Source of the DNA: Tubiluchus corallicola
Lineage: Eukaryota; Animalia; Priapulida
NCBI GenBank assembly: GCA_030141605.1
Contig: JAQGDQ010001064.1
Location: 1 to 64,000, forward strand
DNA length: 64,000 nt
Direction: 5' to 3'
Shown here: in pieces, positions 62,691-64,000 of the stretch
Layout of the letters: the number at the start of each line of letters is the position of its first letter
How positions within the stretch are numbered: position 1 is the stretch's first letter
Notes under the pieces: model-generated
Seen by the model: the letters and a program-made list of their open reading frames with translations, nothing else
The model's database searches: none
What the model was told of the DNA's origin: nothing
Program-made: the position numbers and the translations under genes

Positions 62691-63915
62691 TTAACAGCAG
62701 ATTCGTCCAGTGGTCAATTTCACGGAGATAAAGCTTTTTATACAGTTCAAACTTGAATTCATGACTCACTGACATGGCTTGCTTAAAATGGATGACTGCG
62801 GCGGGACTCGAACCTAGGCACTATGAACGATAATCTATGATGAGACAGACACTGCTTAGAATACCCTGGAATGTATTCCATATGTACATTTGAAAGATAA
62901 ACAATCAGCATCAGTCCAATGAAAACACCTAGAGCGAGCATTGAACCCGAGAGCTTCGGGTTCCCACCACCTATCAGGGCCATGGCAGCTTCTTCCTGAC
63001 ACATAGCCGACTGGGCATGGGCTTAAGAACAAAAATTAGGCAACGCTAAGCTCGATTAGTGAACGAATTGCGTCCATACGGCTCAAATCCGTAATGGGAA
63101 GTTTCAGGCGCCATGCTGATTCTGGTTGTTCACCTAGTTAAGGGAGAACGCCCTTCAAACTCGAAAGCGGCTATGCTACCTCTGCTGGTTCATTGTCTCA
63201 TTGTAGAACATTCTGTTTGACAAAATGTTAAAGTTCTGCTACAACCGTCCACGTTAAAGCAAAACCGGATCCAATCTTAAACTGCAGTTCAAAACAATCT
63301 ACTCTTTAAAATATTGAAAGGAAACATAATATTTTTCAAAAATGATTTTTACGTGAAAGAATTATTACCACACAAACACAATTTCTACTCTGTTACATTC
63401 AATTCGCCATTCACTAGTTAGATGGGCACTAGAGCGTACATTTGGAAAATGCATTGCACAAAAAATAGGTGGTGTACCTCTCAGTTCGGATGTGATCGAG
63501 AAAAAAACAGAAATTTTCAGAAAATTTCGGATTTTCCGACAGCAATTCCGTGCGTCATTTTTCCTTGCCGCCTCAGTGTGAAATGGGCCTAAGGAAGGAA
63601 CATTCCCGCTTTAAATTCCTTGCCCAAATATCCACTTCCGTCTTACTCTACTTTTCCGGAAAAAATACTAAAACCAGAAACCTCGCATAAAGCAAAACAC
63701 TGATCGCGATCTTGCAGGCGTATAGATTACAGATAAAAAGCGCGGAGTAAAGAGGGAGGGTCACGGGGCACAAGAGGCTAAATTTTGCGGATAAGCAGCG
63801 AGGCAGATCGAAGACCAAAGTGCTAAGAATCTTAAAAACGTCTTGGAAATAGAAAAACATCTACGAACTTTCTTAAAATGAGACAAAAGCTGGTTGTTTC
63901 AGTAATTTCACAGTT

Positions 63916-63938
63916 TGTGTGTGTGTGTGTGAGAGAGA

Positions 63939-64000
<62 letters not shown>
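63916..64000. repeat. (GT)n(GA)n microsatellite at the window end
   Basis: Directly visible. Confidence 0.96.

Noticed and set aside
28405-62970. tRNA genes at B-box-like motifs (about 28420, 28765, 29532, 45190, 61915, 62805, 62940)
   Set aside because: No complete cloverleaf; more likely decayed tRNA-SINE heads.

Overview
AT-rich, repeat-dense eukaryotic (invertebrate animal) genomic DNA with one 990-N assembly gap; the species cannot be determined from the sequence. It holds two convergent gene blocks. (1) A + strand tandem cluster of three paralogous aminergic class A GPCRs (histamine H3/muscarinic-like). Each is a single large exon preceded by a phase-1 splice acceptor, and two of the three lack their own start codon. 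(2) A complete - strand striated-muscle-type myosin II heavy chain gene, assembled by hand: 18 coding exons, 5868 nt, about 1955 aa, plus a probable non-coding first exon and TATA/Inr promoter near 60350-60390. Intergenic and intronic DNA contains MITEs (hAT, piggyBac-, Kolobok-, Tc1/pogo- and Harbinger-like), LINE remnants, a 5S rRNA-derived SINE, a foldback element with hammerhead-like motifs, and many mini- and microsatellites. The most striking pattern is minisatellite arrays built from the ends of exons: 18 copies of a myosin exon end with its 5' splice site, about 22 copies of the GPCR3 C-terminus and stop, and about 17 copies starting at the GPCR1 stop. Most ORFs in the supplied track are repeat or antisense artefacts. 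All coordinates and copy numbers were counted by eye.
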